Positions 22,742-36,363 of a stretch of DNA of 64,000 nt are shown here, piece by piece. Source of the stretch: Okamejei kenojei (taxonomy: Eukaryota); NCBI GenBank assembly GCA_035221665.1, contig CM069162.1, forward strand, positions 8,432,001 to 8,496,000, read 5' to 3'. Under the pieces are notes generated by a model, which saw only the letters and a list, made by a program, of their open reading frames with translations, had not been told where the DNA came from and did no database searches. Position 1 is the first letter of the stretch, and each line of letters starts with the position of its first letter. The position numbers and the translations under genes were made by a program.

Positions 22742-25440
22742 AATAGGTGCAGGAGTAGGCCATTCGGCCCTTCAAGCCAGCACCGCCATTAATGTGATCA
22801 TGGCTGATCATCCACAATCAGTACCCCGTTCCTGCCTTCTCCCCATATCCCCTGACTGCGCTATCTTTAAGAGCCCTATCAAGCGATCTCTTGAAAGTAT
22901 CCAGAGAACCGGCCTCCACCACCTCCACAGACTCACAACTCTCTGTGTGAAAAAGTGTTTCCTCATCTCCATTCTAAATGCCTTACCCCTTATTCTTAAA
23001 CTGTGCCCCTGGTTCTGGACTCCCCCAACATCGGGAACATGTTTCCTGCCTCCAGCCGCTCTATTCTCTCAGCATATCACAATCCCGCCATCGCGGGAAT
23101 TAGCCTTGTGAACGCTGAATACGCTGCACTCCCTCAATAGCAAGAATGTCCTTCCTCAAATTAGGGGACCAAAACTGCACAACAATACTCCAGGTGTGGT
23201 CTCACTAGGGCCCTGTACAACTGCAGAAGGACCTCTTTGCTCCTATACTCAACTCCTTTTGTTATGAAGGCCAACATGCCAGTCACTTTCTTCACTGCCT
23301 GCTGTAACTGCATGCTTACTTTCATTGTCTGATGAACAAGGACCCCCAGATCCCATTGTACTTCCCCTTTTCGCAACTGGACACCATTTAGATAATAATC
23401 TGCCTTCCTGTTTTTGCTACCAAAATGGATAACCTCACATTTATCCTCATTGAACTGCATCTGCCATGCATCTGCCCACTCACCCAACCTGTCCAAGTCA
23501 CCCTGTATTCTCATAGCATCCTCCTCACAGTTCACACTGCCACCCAGCTTTGTGTCATCTGCAAATGTGCTAATGTTACTTTGAATCACTTCATCTAAAT
23601 CATTGATGTATATTGTAAATAGCTGCAGGTCCCAGCACTGCCTGGCATTCTGAAAGTAAGTAAGTAAGTTTATTGGCCAAGTATTCACATACAAGGAATT
23701 TGCCTTGGTGCTCCGCCCACAAGTAACATCATGGCATACAGTAACAGTTATGAATGACTCAGAAAACACTGAACATTAATAATAATAAAACATTAATGAT
23801 AAAACACCATTGATCAAGCATGTGAACCAACAAAATACCAGATCAAAGGGAGGCTACAGATTTTTGGCTGTTGAGTAGAGCAACTACTCATGGATAATAA
23901 CTGTTTTTATGTCTGGCTGTGGCAGCTTTGACAGTCCGGAGTCGCCTTCCAGAGGGAAGTGATTCAAAGAGTTTGTGGCCAGGGTGAGAGGGGTCAGAGA
24001 TGATCTTGCCCGCTCGCTTCCTGGCCCTCGCAGTGTACGGTTCATCAATGGAGGGAAGGTTGCAGACAATAACCTTCTCTGCTGATCGGACGATTCGCTG
24101 CAGCCTCCAGGTGTCGTGCTTGGTGGCTGAGCCAAACCAGACCACGATGGAGAAGGTGAGAACAGACTCTACGATGGCCGTGTAGAATTGGACCATCATT
24201 ACCTGTGGCAGATTGTACTTCCTCAGCTGCCGTAGGAAGTACATCCTCTGTTATGCCTTTATGACTGCGGAGTCGAAAGGGACCCGTTAACTCCTACTCT
24301 TTGTTTCCTGTCTGCCAACCAATTTTCTATTCATGTCAGCACTCTACCCGCAATACCATGTGCCCTAATTTTGCCCACTAATCTCCTATGTGGGACCTTA
24401 TCAAATGCTTTCTGAAAGTCCAGGTACACTACATCCACTGCCTCTCCCTTGTCCATTTTCCTAGTCATATCCTCAAAAAATTCCAGAAGATTAGTCAAGC
24501 ATGATTTTCCCTTCGTAAATCCATGCTGATTCGGACCGATCCTGTTACTGCTATCCAAATTGGCCGCTATTTCATCTTTTATGATTGACTCCAGCATCTT
24601 CCTCACCACCGACGTCAGGCTAACTGGTCTATAATCCCTGTTTTCTCTCTCCTGCCTTTCTTAAAAAAGTGGGATAACATTAGCTACCCTCCAATCCACA
24701 GGAACTGAACCTGAATCTGTAGAACATTGGAAAATTAACACCAATGCGTTCACGATTTATAGAGCCACTTCCTTAAGTACCCTGGGATGCAGACCATCAG
24801 GCCCTGGGGATTTATCAGCCTTCAGTCCCATCAGTCTCCCCGACACCATTTCCTGCCTAATGTGGATTTCCTTCAGTTCCTCCGTCACCCCAGATCCTCT
24901 GGCCACTAGTACATCAGGAAGATTGTTTGTGTCCTCCTTAGTGAAGACGGATCCAAAGTACCTGTTCAACTCATCTGCCATTTCCTTGTTCCCCATAATA
25001 AATTCACTTTTTTCAGTCTTCAAGGGTCCAACTTTGGTCTTAACTAATTTTTTCCTCTTCACATACCTGAAGAAGCTTTCATTATTCTCAGTTATATCTT
25101 TGGCTAGCTTACCTTCGTACATCATCTTTTCTCCCCGTATTGCCTCTTTAGTTATCTTCCGTTGATCCTGAAACATTACGCAATCCTCTTGCTTCCCGCT
25201 CATCTTTGCTACGTTGTACTTCTCTTTTATTTTTATACTGTCACTGACGTCCCTTGTCAGCCACGGTCGCCCCTTACTCCCCTTGGAATCTTTCTTCCTC
25301 TTTGGAATGAACTGATCCTGCACCTTCTGTATTATTCCTAGAAATACCTGCTATTATTGTTCCACTGTCCTCTCCTGCTGGGGTATCTTTCCAGTCAACT
25401 TTGGCCAGCTCCTCCCTCATGGCTCCATAGTCCCTTTTGT
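22742..25440 (-). mobile_element. 5'-truncated CR1 LINE (ORF2 reverse transcriptase), broken, with a nested Rex1 insertion
   Basis: KSPGPDGLHPRVLKE, NQHGFTKGKSCLTNLLEFFE, VYLDFQKAFDKVPH, LFTIYINDL, FADDTKL, LYRALVRPHLEYC. Confidence 0.95.
23655..24275 (-). mobile_element. Rex1/Babar-type LINE 3' fragment nested in the CR1
   Basis: YFLRQLRK...FYTAIVESVLTFSIVVWFGS...DPSHPGHKLFESLPSGRRLR; AATAAA and (CTTA)n tail; GAAAG on both flanks. Confidence 0.88.
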
Positions 25441-25554
25441 CAAATCATGTGATTTTTTTCTATTACAAATTTCAAATCTCTAGTTTCCGGCGTGGCGTAC
25501 AGAGGCAAATAAATAAATGATGGGTCTTTGGCCCAAGTATTATGGAGGGCACTG
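25441..25554. mobile_element. Tc1-like transposon terminus fragment
   Basis: Ends ATTATGGAGGGCACTG-TA (reverse complement TA-CAGTGCCCTCCATAAT). Confidence 0.55.
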
Positions 25555-26026
25555 TATGTGCAGGAGTAGGCCATTCGGCCCTTTGAGCCAGCAGCGCCAT
25601 TCAATATGATCATGGGCGATCATCCACAATCAGTACATTGTTCCTGCTTTCTCCCCTTATCCCTTGATTCTGTTAGCCCTAAGAGCTATATCCAACTCTC
25701 TCTTATGCCCCCCGGTTAAGTTAAGACCCGCGGTCAAGGCCCCCGGTTCTTATTACCGCCCGTTTGTCCAGCGACCACCACTGTCCCTAACTCCCACACC
25801 CTCGTCTCCGGTTTTCAGTTCACGGGGATGAGCAGAAGACGAGCCTCGGACGAGGCGCCCACTCCAGGCAGGGTTCCCGGTTCCACAGCTGGCGAGCCAG
25901 ACCTGGTGCCGATGTTTGGTCAAGGCCCTTCCAGGAGCTCTCCTGCCGTGCATTCGGGAGTCGGGAGTTTCACACTAGACCGTTCTGCATCCGCTGCCAG
26001 CAGAGTTACAGGCTAATTTATTTCAA

Positions 26027-26340
26027 GTGTGTAGGAAGGAACTGCAGATGCTGGTTTACACTGAAGTAGGACACAAAATGCTGGAGTAACTCAGCGGGTC
26101 AGACAGCATCTCTGGAGAGAAGGAATAGTGACGTTTCTGGTCGAGACCCTTCTTCAGAGTGAGAGTCGGGGGGAGAGGACGGAAGCTAGAGGTATGAAAA
26201 GGTACAGAACAAACCAGAGCTGGCACCCTGACCAATGACCAAGGAACGGCAGAGCCCACAATGCTCCATTGTTGGTTGTGGAAGAGGTGATGATGAATTG
26301 CCACAGGGATGCGAACAGTGAAACTAGCAGGATGGCCAGG
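26027..26340 (-). mobile_element. Penelope-derived terminal repeat (single arm) with hammerhead-like core at 26130-26157
   Basis: Reverse complement CTGAAGAAGGGTCTCGACCAGAAACGTC plus arm. Confidence 0.7.
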
Positions 26341-26949
26341 GTGGGGGCGGGGGGAGGTTCAACATATACTTTCTGTCCTTTGTTTGGTAGATTTATGAAA
26401 GGTGAAGGAAAGGCCTTGTTATTTTATCCCCTTGTTTTAAACAACCTAACTTTTTTTCATAAGAGTGCAACCCGCTAATTAGACAGGATGATCAAAGAAA
26501 TAAAGAACCAAGCTGTCTCAGAGTGTGCGTTCTTTAGTAACCCACATCTAAAATCAAAACAAAGTGATCTGAGTGCACCTTACAACAGCCATAATCACAA
26601 ATTAAAAGCAGTTCAAGCCTTAATGCTCGCATTCCAGTAAACTTAGCACTCACAACTTCTCTCTTTGAACAGGGGATGAGCAGTAATGTTAAATTAAAGG
26701 GCATTGAATTAAATGTAATCCTGCACAAGACAGCCAACTTCTTTCGGAACAGACAAGCAACGCTTTAACTGGAGAGGCCGGGATTAGATATACATCGTGC
26801 ATTCACTGCACTGCATTGAATTTCACATATTCCTATCGTAGGTTATTGGGAATAACAAGGCAAGTTAGGTTGGCAAGTCAGGAAACTAGGAACACAAAGT
26901 ATATACAGAAGATGCTGGAAATCCTCAATGCGCAAGGCAACATCTCATA

Positions 26950-27270
26950 GTCATGGAATCACACAGCATTGAAACAGGCCCTTTGGCCCAACTTGACCAT
27001 GCCGCCCAACATGCCCCATCTACAGTACATCCACCCGCCCACATTTGGCCCATATCCCTCTAAACCTTTCCCATCCATGTACCAGTCCGAGTATCTTTTA
27101 GATGTAGTTATAGTACCTGCGTCAACTACCTCCTCTGGCAGTTTGTTCCATGTGCCCGGCCGTGTGAGAAAGTTGCCCCACAGGTTCCTATTAAACCTTT
27201 CTCCTTTCACCTTAAGACTATGTCCCGTTGTGCTTGATTCCTCTATTCTGGCTAAAAGTCTCTGTGCATT
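26950..27270 (-). mobile_element. CR1 3' fragment
   Basis: TGHSLKVKGERF...WNKLPEEVV. Confidence 0.85.
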
Positions 27271-28461
27271 TTCCATGGAAACAGAACTGAGGGCGTCAAC
27301 TGTTTCTCCCCCTGCAGATGCTGCCCGACCTGCTGAGTATTTCTGGCAATTTATGCTTTATTTCAGATTTGCAGTATCTACAGATGTCTTTTTTTGCTTT
27401 TTGATAATTACCAGGAATACAAAGTACAAGATGCTAGAGGTAATCAGGTGGTCGGGCAACATCTGTGAGCCTGGAAACATCTCCAATACAGATCTGCATC
27501 TCTCTAATGGCCAATCTTCCAAAAAGCAGCATGAAACACACATCTACGGAATTGCAATGAGTATATAACATAATTTACACTGTTTACATCCTTGTATCCC
27601 TCTTGTTCTCACATCTACCCAGCCAACAATGGACCATTGTGGGCTCCACTCATTCCGAGGTCGTCTGTTGCTGGCCCTGATCTGTTCTGGACATTTTTCT
27701 CCTCCAGTTTCTCTCCCCCTCCCCCCCCCCCCCCCCCCCTCACACCTCTACTTTCAGTCTGAAGAAAGGGTCCGATCCGAAAATGTCATTTTTCCTTTCT
27801 TCCAGAGACGCTGCTTGACCTGCTGAGTTACTCCAGCATTTTGTGTCTATCTCTGGCAGAAACCGGCATCTGCAGTTCCTTCCGACATATCATTTGCGTT
27901 GTTGAAAAAATCCCACCACGGCATGAAATCTAAGTGGTTTAAGACTTCATTGCAAAGTTAATGGAGGGAGGGGTAAAGAGTCAATGTATGTCCGAGGCAG
28001 CACAGAGGTGCAGCTGGTAGAGCTCCTGACCTCGGGTGCTGTCTGTGTGGAGTTTGCACTTTCTCCCTATGGGTTTCCACTGGGGTGCTCCGGATTCCTC
28101 CCACATGCCAAAGACATGCCTAGTATGTAGCGAGTGGGTGAGAAAGTGGGAAAACATATGTGGACTCGGTGGGCTGAAGGCCCTGTTTCCACGCTGTATT
28201 TCTAAAGTAAACTAAACTTACATTAATATTTATTCATACTTGAATTAATCACCCCCGTTTATCAATTTTATTGCTGGTGCTTCCTTGTTCATTCGACCCG
28301 TTTAAAAATTACTTTTCACTCTCACATTTTCATTGACTCTTTCAGTATTTATAGGCAGTGCTACGCGCTCTGTGGGCATGGAGGGGGCTCTCACAGTGAG
28401 AGGCAGAGAGAGGAGTCACCGCAGGCCAGAAGGAAACGGACTCACTTTCCTGGAAGACTAA

Positions 28462-28533
28462 CCTGTTCAGTGCCACTCCCGAGTCTACTCGGGTCGTGGC
28501 CAATAATGAAAATAAAACTTGGCGGTGAACAGG
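28462..28533. mobile_element. 72-bp piggyBac-like MITE
   Basis: CTAA|CCTGTTCAGTGCCA...TGGCGGTGAACAGG|TTAA; second copy at 56408-56478. Confidence 0.7.
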
Positions 28534-28784
28534 TTAACGATTCACTTGAGACAACATTTACTAAATTTCATGCTGGCCCATCGACTGAGAGATTTATTGA
28601 ATCCAATTCCACACTTTACTATGGTCGATCAAACTTTACTCTGCTCCAGAATTAGTGTCAGATCTGAACCAAAATATTAACCGTTTCCCTTTCTGCTGAC
28701 TAGATGTATTTCCACTATTTTGTGTTTCTGTGGAATGTTGGTATTACTGCCCAGGCCAACATTTAATGCTCAAACCTTGTTATC

Positions 28785-29745
28785 ATAGAGTGATACAGTA
28801 TGGAAACAGGCCCTTCGGCCCAACTTGCCCACACCGGCCAACATGCCCCAGGTACTCCAGTCCCACCTGCCAGTATTTGGTCCATATCCCTGCAAACCTG
28901 TCCTGTCCATGTACCTGTCTAACTGCTTCTTAAACGTTGCGATAGCCCCTGCCTCAACTACCTCCTCTGGCAGCTCGTTCCATACATCCACCACCCTTTA
29001 TGTGAAAATGTTACCCCTCAGATTCCTATTAAATCTTTTCCCCTTCACCTTGAACCTATGCCCTCTGTTCCTCAATTCACTTAATCTGGGCAAGAGACTC
29101 TACCCGATCTATTCCTCTCATGATCTTATACACCTTATAAGAGGGATGATCTTATAAGATCAGCCCTCATCCTCCTGCACTCCAGGGAATAGAGTCTCAG
29201 TCTACTCAACCTCTGCCTATAGCTCAGACCCCCTTGTCCTGGCAACATCCTCTTCTCTGCACCCTTTCCAGCTTGACAACATCTTTCCGTGAAACACGGT
29301 GCCCAGAACGGAACACAGTACTCTAAATGTGGCCTCACCAACGTCTTATACAACATCAACTGCAACACGACCTCCCATCTTCTATACTCAATACTCTGAC
29401 TGATGAAGGCCAATGTGCCAAATGTCTTTTTGACCATCCTATCGACCTGCAACTCCACCTTCTGGGAACTATACACCTGCACTCCTGGATCCCTCTGCTC
29501 GACCACACTACCCAGAGCCCTACCATTCACCGCGTAGGTATTGCCCATGATAGACTTCCCAAAAAGCAACTTCTCACGTTTCTCTTAAATGAAATTCCAT
29601 CAACCATTCCTCAGCCCACCTGGCCAATCGATCAGGATCACGTTGCCATTTTTCACAACCATCTTCACTATCTGCAAAACCACCCAATTGTGCATCATCT
29701 GCACACTTGCTAATCTTACCATGTATGTTCTCATCCAAATCGGTT
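28785..29745 (-). mobile_element. CR1 LINE 3' fragment
   Basis: KISKCADD, LYKTLVRPHLEYC, WNELPEEVV. Confidence 0.92.
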
Positions 29746-29909
29746 ATTTCTCTCAAAAATATACCTTATTCACCAAATTAAGGAAATAGATAACAGCACA
29801 CTCTGACATCATTTTCAGAGTACCTGTATACAAAAACCAGAGAAATGGTAGCAGTACTAGGCCATTCGGCCCTTCAAGCCCGTTCAGCCATCCATCAAGA
29901 TCATGCTGC

Positions 29910-30140
29910 TGTCTCACAGCGCCAGAAATCCGAGTTCAATCCTGACCTTGGGTGCTGTCTGTGTGGGGTTTGCACGTTCTCCCTGTGACCGCATGGGTTC
30001 CTCTAGGTTTGTAGGTTAATTGGCCTCTGTAAATTGTCCCAAATATGTAGTGACTGGACGAGAAAGTTGGATAACAGAACTGGTGTGAACGGGAAATCGA
30101 TGGTCGGAATGGACTCGATGGGCTGAAGGGCCTGTATCCA
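29910..30140 (+). mobile_element. V-SINE/HE1-like SINE
   Basis: Family similarity. Confidence 0.7.
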
Positions 30141-30779
30141 TTCAATCCAATAAATCAATTAATTAATCAATAGTTCAAAGGTTTCTTTATTTTCACGTGC
30201 ACCAAAGTACAATGAAATACTTTTGCATGCAGATCAGCAAGATTCTCCCCGTATATATTAGTACAATCCCACAGTGAGTACAGGATGTACAAACCCAGCT
30301 GCAGCTGGCCACGAAGGCCCGTTGCAGCCGTCGCCTCCATTTTGATCATCCCGTGGACCGATATCTCTCTCCTTGCCCGGCCTTCTTTAGCGCTTGTTGC
30401 CCGAGGGTCACTGATGTAATTGCAGCAACACATCTTTACGCCTGGACTCGGATCCCCTCATAATAGAGGCCTTGATTCTGTTTAGCTTCCTAATCTAAAT
30501 AACCCACCCCTCCGCCATTTTCCTGTGCTGGCCTTTTTATCCAGAAACGCATCGATCTTTGCCTGAGCATCCTCAGATATCCAGCGTGTAGCATTCCAAA
30601 CATTTGCCACTTTCTCAGCGAGGAGCGTTCCCCTCATGGTTTACCCCTTATCCTGAGACCACACGTCTTGATTTCACCCTCCTGAGCCAGGCAAAATACT
30701 CTTCCACCATCCAACGTTCAGCCCCTTCAGAGTTTTGTAAGCTTAGATGAGATCATCTCATGTTAATAGGTTCATACTG

Positions 30780-31300
30780 TAGGTCATAGGAGCAGCGTTA
30801 GGCCATTCAAACATGGCTTATCTATGTTTTCCTCTGAACCCCATTCTCCTGCCTTCTCCCCATAACCCCTGACACCGTTACTAATCAAGAGTTGGTCAAT
30901 CTCCGCTTTACTAAAATACCCAATGACCTGGCCTTCACAGTCATCTGTGGCAAATTAATTCTGAGATTCACCAACCTCTGACTAAAGAAATTCCTCCTCA
31001 TCTCCTTTCTTAAGGATATGAGGAGGAATAAGGAGGACCTTTTATTCCTCTGGTCCTAAACCCACCCACTAGTGGAAACATCGTTTTAGCATCCACTTTA
31101 TCCAGACCTTTCATAATTCGCTAAGTTTCAATGAGGTCCTCCTCATCCTTCTAAACTCCAGTGAGTCCAGACACAGTGCTGACAAACACTCATCATATTT
31201 AACCCAATCATCCCCGGGATCATTTTCGTAAACCTCCTCTGGACCCTCTCCAACGCCAGCACATCCCTCCTCAGATATGGGGCCCAAAACTGCACTCAAT
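30780..31300 (-). mobile_element. CR1 3' fragment
   Basis: L.SLEFRRMR motif and CR1 3' UTR. Confidence 0.8.
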
Positions 31301-31311
31301 AACCCAAAGAT

Positions 31312-31860
31312 AGTCACAAAATGCTGGAGTAACTCTGCGGGACAGGCAGGATCTCTGGAGACAAGGATGGGGTGACGGTTCAGGCCGAGACCTTTCTTCA
31401 GACCCCGTGGTCATTTTGCCCTGAAATCAGGTCTGAAGAAGGGACTTAACCCGAAATGTCACCCATACCTTCTCTCCAGAGATGCTGCCTGTCCCGCTGA
31501 GTTGTTCCAGCTTTGTGTATCTATTAGTCTTAGTTTGGTTTGGTTTACAGATACAACGCAGAAACAGGCCCTTGTCCCACCAAGTGTGCACCGACCAGCG
31601 ATCCCCGCATACTGACTCTGGGGACAATTTACATTTATACCAAGCCAATTAACCTACAAACCTGTACGTCCTTTGGAGTGTGGGAGGAAACCGAAGATCT
31701 GCAGAAACTCCCCGCATGCCAACATAAAACTCCAAACAGACAAAACCTGTAGTCAGGATTGAACCCAGGTCTCTGGCTCTATAATGCAGTACCTTTATTG
31801 CTACGCCACCATGCCGCCCTCTATCTTCGATGTAAACCAGCATCTGCAGTTGCTTCCTAC
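31312..31860. mobile_element. Penelope-derived hairpin with a V-SINE (31530-31818, minus strand) inserted in its right arm
   Basis: Arm resumes after the SINE with CTATCTTCGATGTAAACCAGCATCTGCAG. Confidence 0.7.
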
Positions 31861-33074
31861 GTAAGACTCCAAATGCGGTCTGACCAGTGCTCATCCTTTT
31901 AAATTCTGGAGAATGTACCTGATCTTCCCAATCTCTCCAGGCACACAATCTCTGGAACCAGTCGCGTGTGTTTTCACTGTCCTCCCACTGTGTCACGTAT
32001 ATCCTCTTCTCACTAGGGATTATGTTCAAATATTCCAGATGTTGTCTCACTGGCGTAATTGCAACGACACATCTTGACGCCTGCACTCAGATCCTCTCAT
32101 CATCAAGGCCATGATGCCATTTAGCTTCCTAATCCTTCGCTGTACCTGCCTGTCTCCCTTCACTGACCTGGGGCTCTTCAAACATCAACATGATCCAATC
32201 ACTCACCATTTAAAGGAGATTCTGCGGTTCAGTTTTGGGCACAAAAGCAGATAATTTCACATTCTTCCACGTAATACTGCATCTGCAAAGGTGGAGCATT
32301 TCAGTGGCAGAGAAGATTAACATAATTTAATTACAGTAATGTCTCTTTCTCATGCATCACAAGAGCACAATGTCCAAGGGGTCTTTGCACGGATTCCAGC
32401 CCCCCAGCATGCATTGTCAACTAGCTGGTAAACTGTACCCTTTCCTCACACAATCTCATACACCAAACCTCAGTGCGTCCGACAGGTGAAGTCTTGGATC
32501 TAGGAATGTGCCTTTAGCCTTTTGAGATGCAGAGCAGAAACAAACCCATGCTGACCAGCGATCACCGCATGCACTAACCACTAATTTTACAAGTTACCGA
32601 AGACAATTAACCTACAAATCTGTATGTCTTTGGAGTGTGGGAGGAAACCGGAGGATCCAGAGAAAACCTATGCGGCCACAGGGAGAATGTACAAACTCCG
32701 TACTGACAGCACCTGTAGTCAGGATCGAACCCAGGTCCCTGGCGCAGTGAGGCAGCAACTCTACCCTGGTGCCACCCTGCCGCCTGGCAATAATTGGCCA
32801 GACCGTTCCAGACCAGAAATGTTTGGACAGAGCAGCAGGTGTCTTTCAATGAGTTGGTGATGTCCCAGACATAAATGTTTTCCAAAACTATATTATATTC
32901 ATGATATATAATATAAGTGCAATTGGGAATTGTCTTTTCCTATTTTCTTTTGGTGTTATGCACCAGTATTATGGTTTTTAATGTATTGAATTTGAAAGAA
33001 TATTCTATATTATCTGTGTATATTGCATTAGGCTGTATTTTATATTCAGGGCCTTCCACTGTGTCATGTATACC

Positions 33075-33380
33075 ATCTTCACCTTCTTCTCTTCTTAAGC
33101 CCTTTGCTCCTCTAGGGAGCATAAGCCGTTGACAAATGTCCTCCACCTCACTCAGTTATTGGCAGTTCTTTCGAGATCTCCCCAGTTGAGCCCACTCTCA
33201 GCCGTTTCTGTCTGGACACCTCATCTCCAGCTGTTCCTGGGGCGATCGCTTTTCCTTTTTCCTTTTTCCTTGGGGGTTCCGTTTCAGGGCTTGCCGGGCG
33301 ATGTTTGTGGCAGGTTTCCTCTTCTCGGTAAGGATGATGTTGAAATATTCCAGATGTTGTCTCACTGATGTAATTGCAGC
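33075..33380 (-). mobile_element. RTE-like LINE 3' relic (related relic at 31870-32090)
   Basis: IARQALKRNPQGKRK resembles the RTE WNPQGKRKRGRP motif; (AGAAG)-type tail. Confidence 0.6.
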
Positions 33381-33739
33381 ATTTATTGACCTGTTAAGCT
33401 GCTGCAAGTAAGAATTTCATTGTTCTGTTTTTGGTACATCTGAGAATTAAACACTTGCTTCTGGGCTCTGTTCGCTGTACCATCAAATCAATACATTCTC
33501 CAGTGCCAATGCTTCATGAAGTGTTTGAAGTGCTACTACACGGAGGCAGACCATCGATGCTGGAATCGTAGATAGTGGCTAGAGCCTTTGCCACTAGCCT
33601 GTGATGGAATGCATCTCTCATCTTATGCTCCAGCACCTTGAAATGTGCCAGTCCACTGTGTTCACTAGCGGACATCTCCTTGCACAGGACAACAAGTTTC
33701 AGGCAGTCCCAGTGTGTCTTTTACCATGTTAGACCTTAA

Positions 33740-34022
33740 ACTTTAGAGGTACAGAGTGGAAACAGGCCCAAATGCCAACTGAGTCCGCACCGACCAGCGT
33801 CACCCCATACACTAATCTACACACACTAGGGACGATTTAAAAACTACCAAAGCAAATTAACCTGCAAAACTGTACGTCTTTGGAGTGTGGGAGGAAACTG
33901 GAGCACCCGGAGAAAACCCACGTGGTCATGGGGAGAACGTACAAACTGCGTACAGACAGCACCCGTAGTCAGGATGGAACCCGGGTCTCTGCAGTTGCAA
34001 GGCTGCAACTCTACCGCTGCCC
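33740..34022 (-). mobile_element. V-SINE/HE1-like SINE
   Basis: Family similarity. Confidence 0.8.
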
Positions 34023-34639
34023 AGCGAGCCTCCATGTCCCTGAACACAATCACGTCGGGTGATTTCAGCGAACAGCCTAAGAAACAACCACTATGCTCTG
34101 ATCTGCAATCACGTTTAGGACCAGAGAAGGACAACAGATTTCTTCCCCGAAAGACAGTAGTGAAGCAGATGGGATTTTAAATACAATTTAATAGTTTCAA
34201 AGTCACCATTATTGAAATTAGCTTTTTGTTCCGTATTTAATTGCAGTCTGGGTCTTGGAGATAAACGGAGAGATTAATGGATGCAGGTCGTACTGCTTGG
34301 AAGATCTTCCCGCATCCAGTCAGCAAATTACTCAGCTAAAGAGCATTTGTACAGACAGGCCTGATATTGAGACATAGAGGCAAACAGCTCAGACGCAGGC
34401 TCTTTGACCCACTGAGTCCGTGCCAACTATTAAGCAACCATTTACACTAATACCATGTAATTCCTCTAATTCCCAGCAACTCTACCTAACTCTACCACTC
34501 ATCCACAGACCAGAGGCAACTTAGTGGCCAGTTAACGTACAAACTTACATATCCTTATGGGATGTGGGAGGAAACCAGAGCATCGAGCCGAAACCCCACG
34601 TAGTTACAAGGAGAACATGCAAACTCCACATGGACAACA

Positions 34640-35520
34640 CCTGTGAGCAGTTTTGGATCCCATATCTGAGGAGGGATATGCTGGCATTGGAGAGGGTCAA
34701 GAGGAAGTTTACCAGAATGATCCAAGGGATAATTACGTTAACATATGATGAGCATGTGATGGTTCTGGGCCTGTACTCACTGGATTTTAGAAGGGTGAGG
34801 GGGGCCTCCTTGAAACTTAATGAAATGTCTGGACAGAGTGAATGTGGAGAGGATGTTTCCACTAGTCTAGGACCAGAGACCACAGCCTCTAAGACCACTA
34901 GTCTTGGACCAGAGACCATAGCCTCAGAATAAAAGGACGTACCTTTAGAAAGGAGATGAGAAAGGATTTATTTCGTCATTAGGTGGTGAATCTGTGGAGT
35001 TCTGCCACAGAAGGCTGTGGAGGCCACATCAATGGGTACTTTTAAAGTGGAGATTGACAGATTTTTGGTTAGTAAGTGCGTCAAAGGTCATGGGGAGAAG
35101 GCAACAGAATGGGATTGAGACTGAACGATAGATCAGCCATGATTGAATGGCGGATTAGACTCAATAGGCTCAATAGCCTAATCCTGCTCCTATAGAAACA
35201 GTACATAGGTGCAGGAGTAGGTCATTCAACCCTTTGAGCCTGCACCACCATTCAATATGATCATGGCTGATCATCCAACTCAGTATCCTGTACCTGCCTT
35301 CTCTCCATACCCCCTGATACCTTTAGCCACAAGGGCCACATCTAACTCCCTCTTAAATATAGCCAATGAACTGGCCTCAACTACCTTCTGTGGCAGAGAA
35401 TTCCAGAGATTCACCACTCTCTGTGTGAAAAATGTTTTTCTCATCTCTGTCCTAGAAGATTTTCCCCTTATCCTTAAACTGTGACCCCTTGTCCTGGACT
35501 TCCGCAACATCGGGAACAAA
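34640..35520. mobile_element. Two CR1 3' fragments tail-to-tail (+ 34640-35190, - 35200-35520)
   Basis: LERVKRKFTRMI..LGLYSL; TRGHSLRIRG..FFTQRVVNLWNSLP. Confidence 0.88.
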
Positions 35521-36074
35521 GACCTATGAGCACCGGAGGTGAGAATTGAACCTGGGTCAGTGGAGCCATGAGGGAGTGGCTTTACCAGCTTTGCTACTGG
35601 ATCTGACCTGGGTCCACCCCATTTAGTGAATTGGTAATGCCACATGATGTAAGGTTCCTCAGTGTGAAGATGGGAGGCTGTCCACTCAAGGGCTGTGCGG
35701 TGGCCAAGGCTGTCTGTAAAGTCTACCCCTCATGGCTGGCTCACTCACTACGTGCCGCAGACCCAAGCTGCCCGATATGAACCGGTGTCAGTGTCAGTAT
35801 CCACCATCAAACTAGCTCGATGCACCCGGCAACAACCAACATGGTCGGAGTTGGATGCTGATGGTGCTCTGCCTCGTGCCACTCCCCCGTGGTTGGTGCT
35901 GAGTCCACCATGCCCAACTCGGTGGTGAATATTGGACCCCCCATTCTGATGCCATTCTGTGCTCTTGCAAATTTCAACGTGTCGATTCACCTGCTGTGGG
36001 GGAGGGGGGGACAGGAGAGAGAATCAGGAGGACGTTTCCTTGCCCGTGCTCGACCTGAAGCCATTAGATCACAG

Positions 36075-36363
36075 GTTTAGTTTAGAGATACAGCGCGGAA
36101 ACCGGCCGACTGAGTCCGCGCCGACCAGCGATCCGCGCACACCAACACTATCCTGCCCACACTAGGGACAATTTACAATTATACCAAGCCAAATAGCGTA
36201 CAAACCTGTATGTCTTTGCAATGTGGAGGAAACCGGAGCACCCGGAGAAAACCCACGCCGGTCACGAGTAGAACGTACAAACTCTGCACAGACAGCACCC
36301 CTAGTCAGGATCGAACCCGGGTCTCTGGCGCTGTGAGGCAGCAACTCCACTGCTGTGCTGCCC
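36075..36363 (-). mobile_element. V-SINE/HE1-like SINE
   Basis: Family similarity. Confidence 0.8.
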
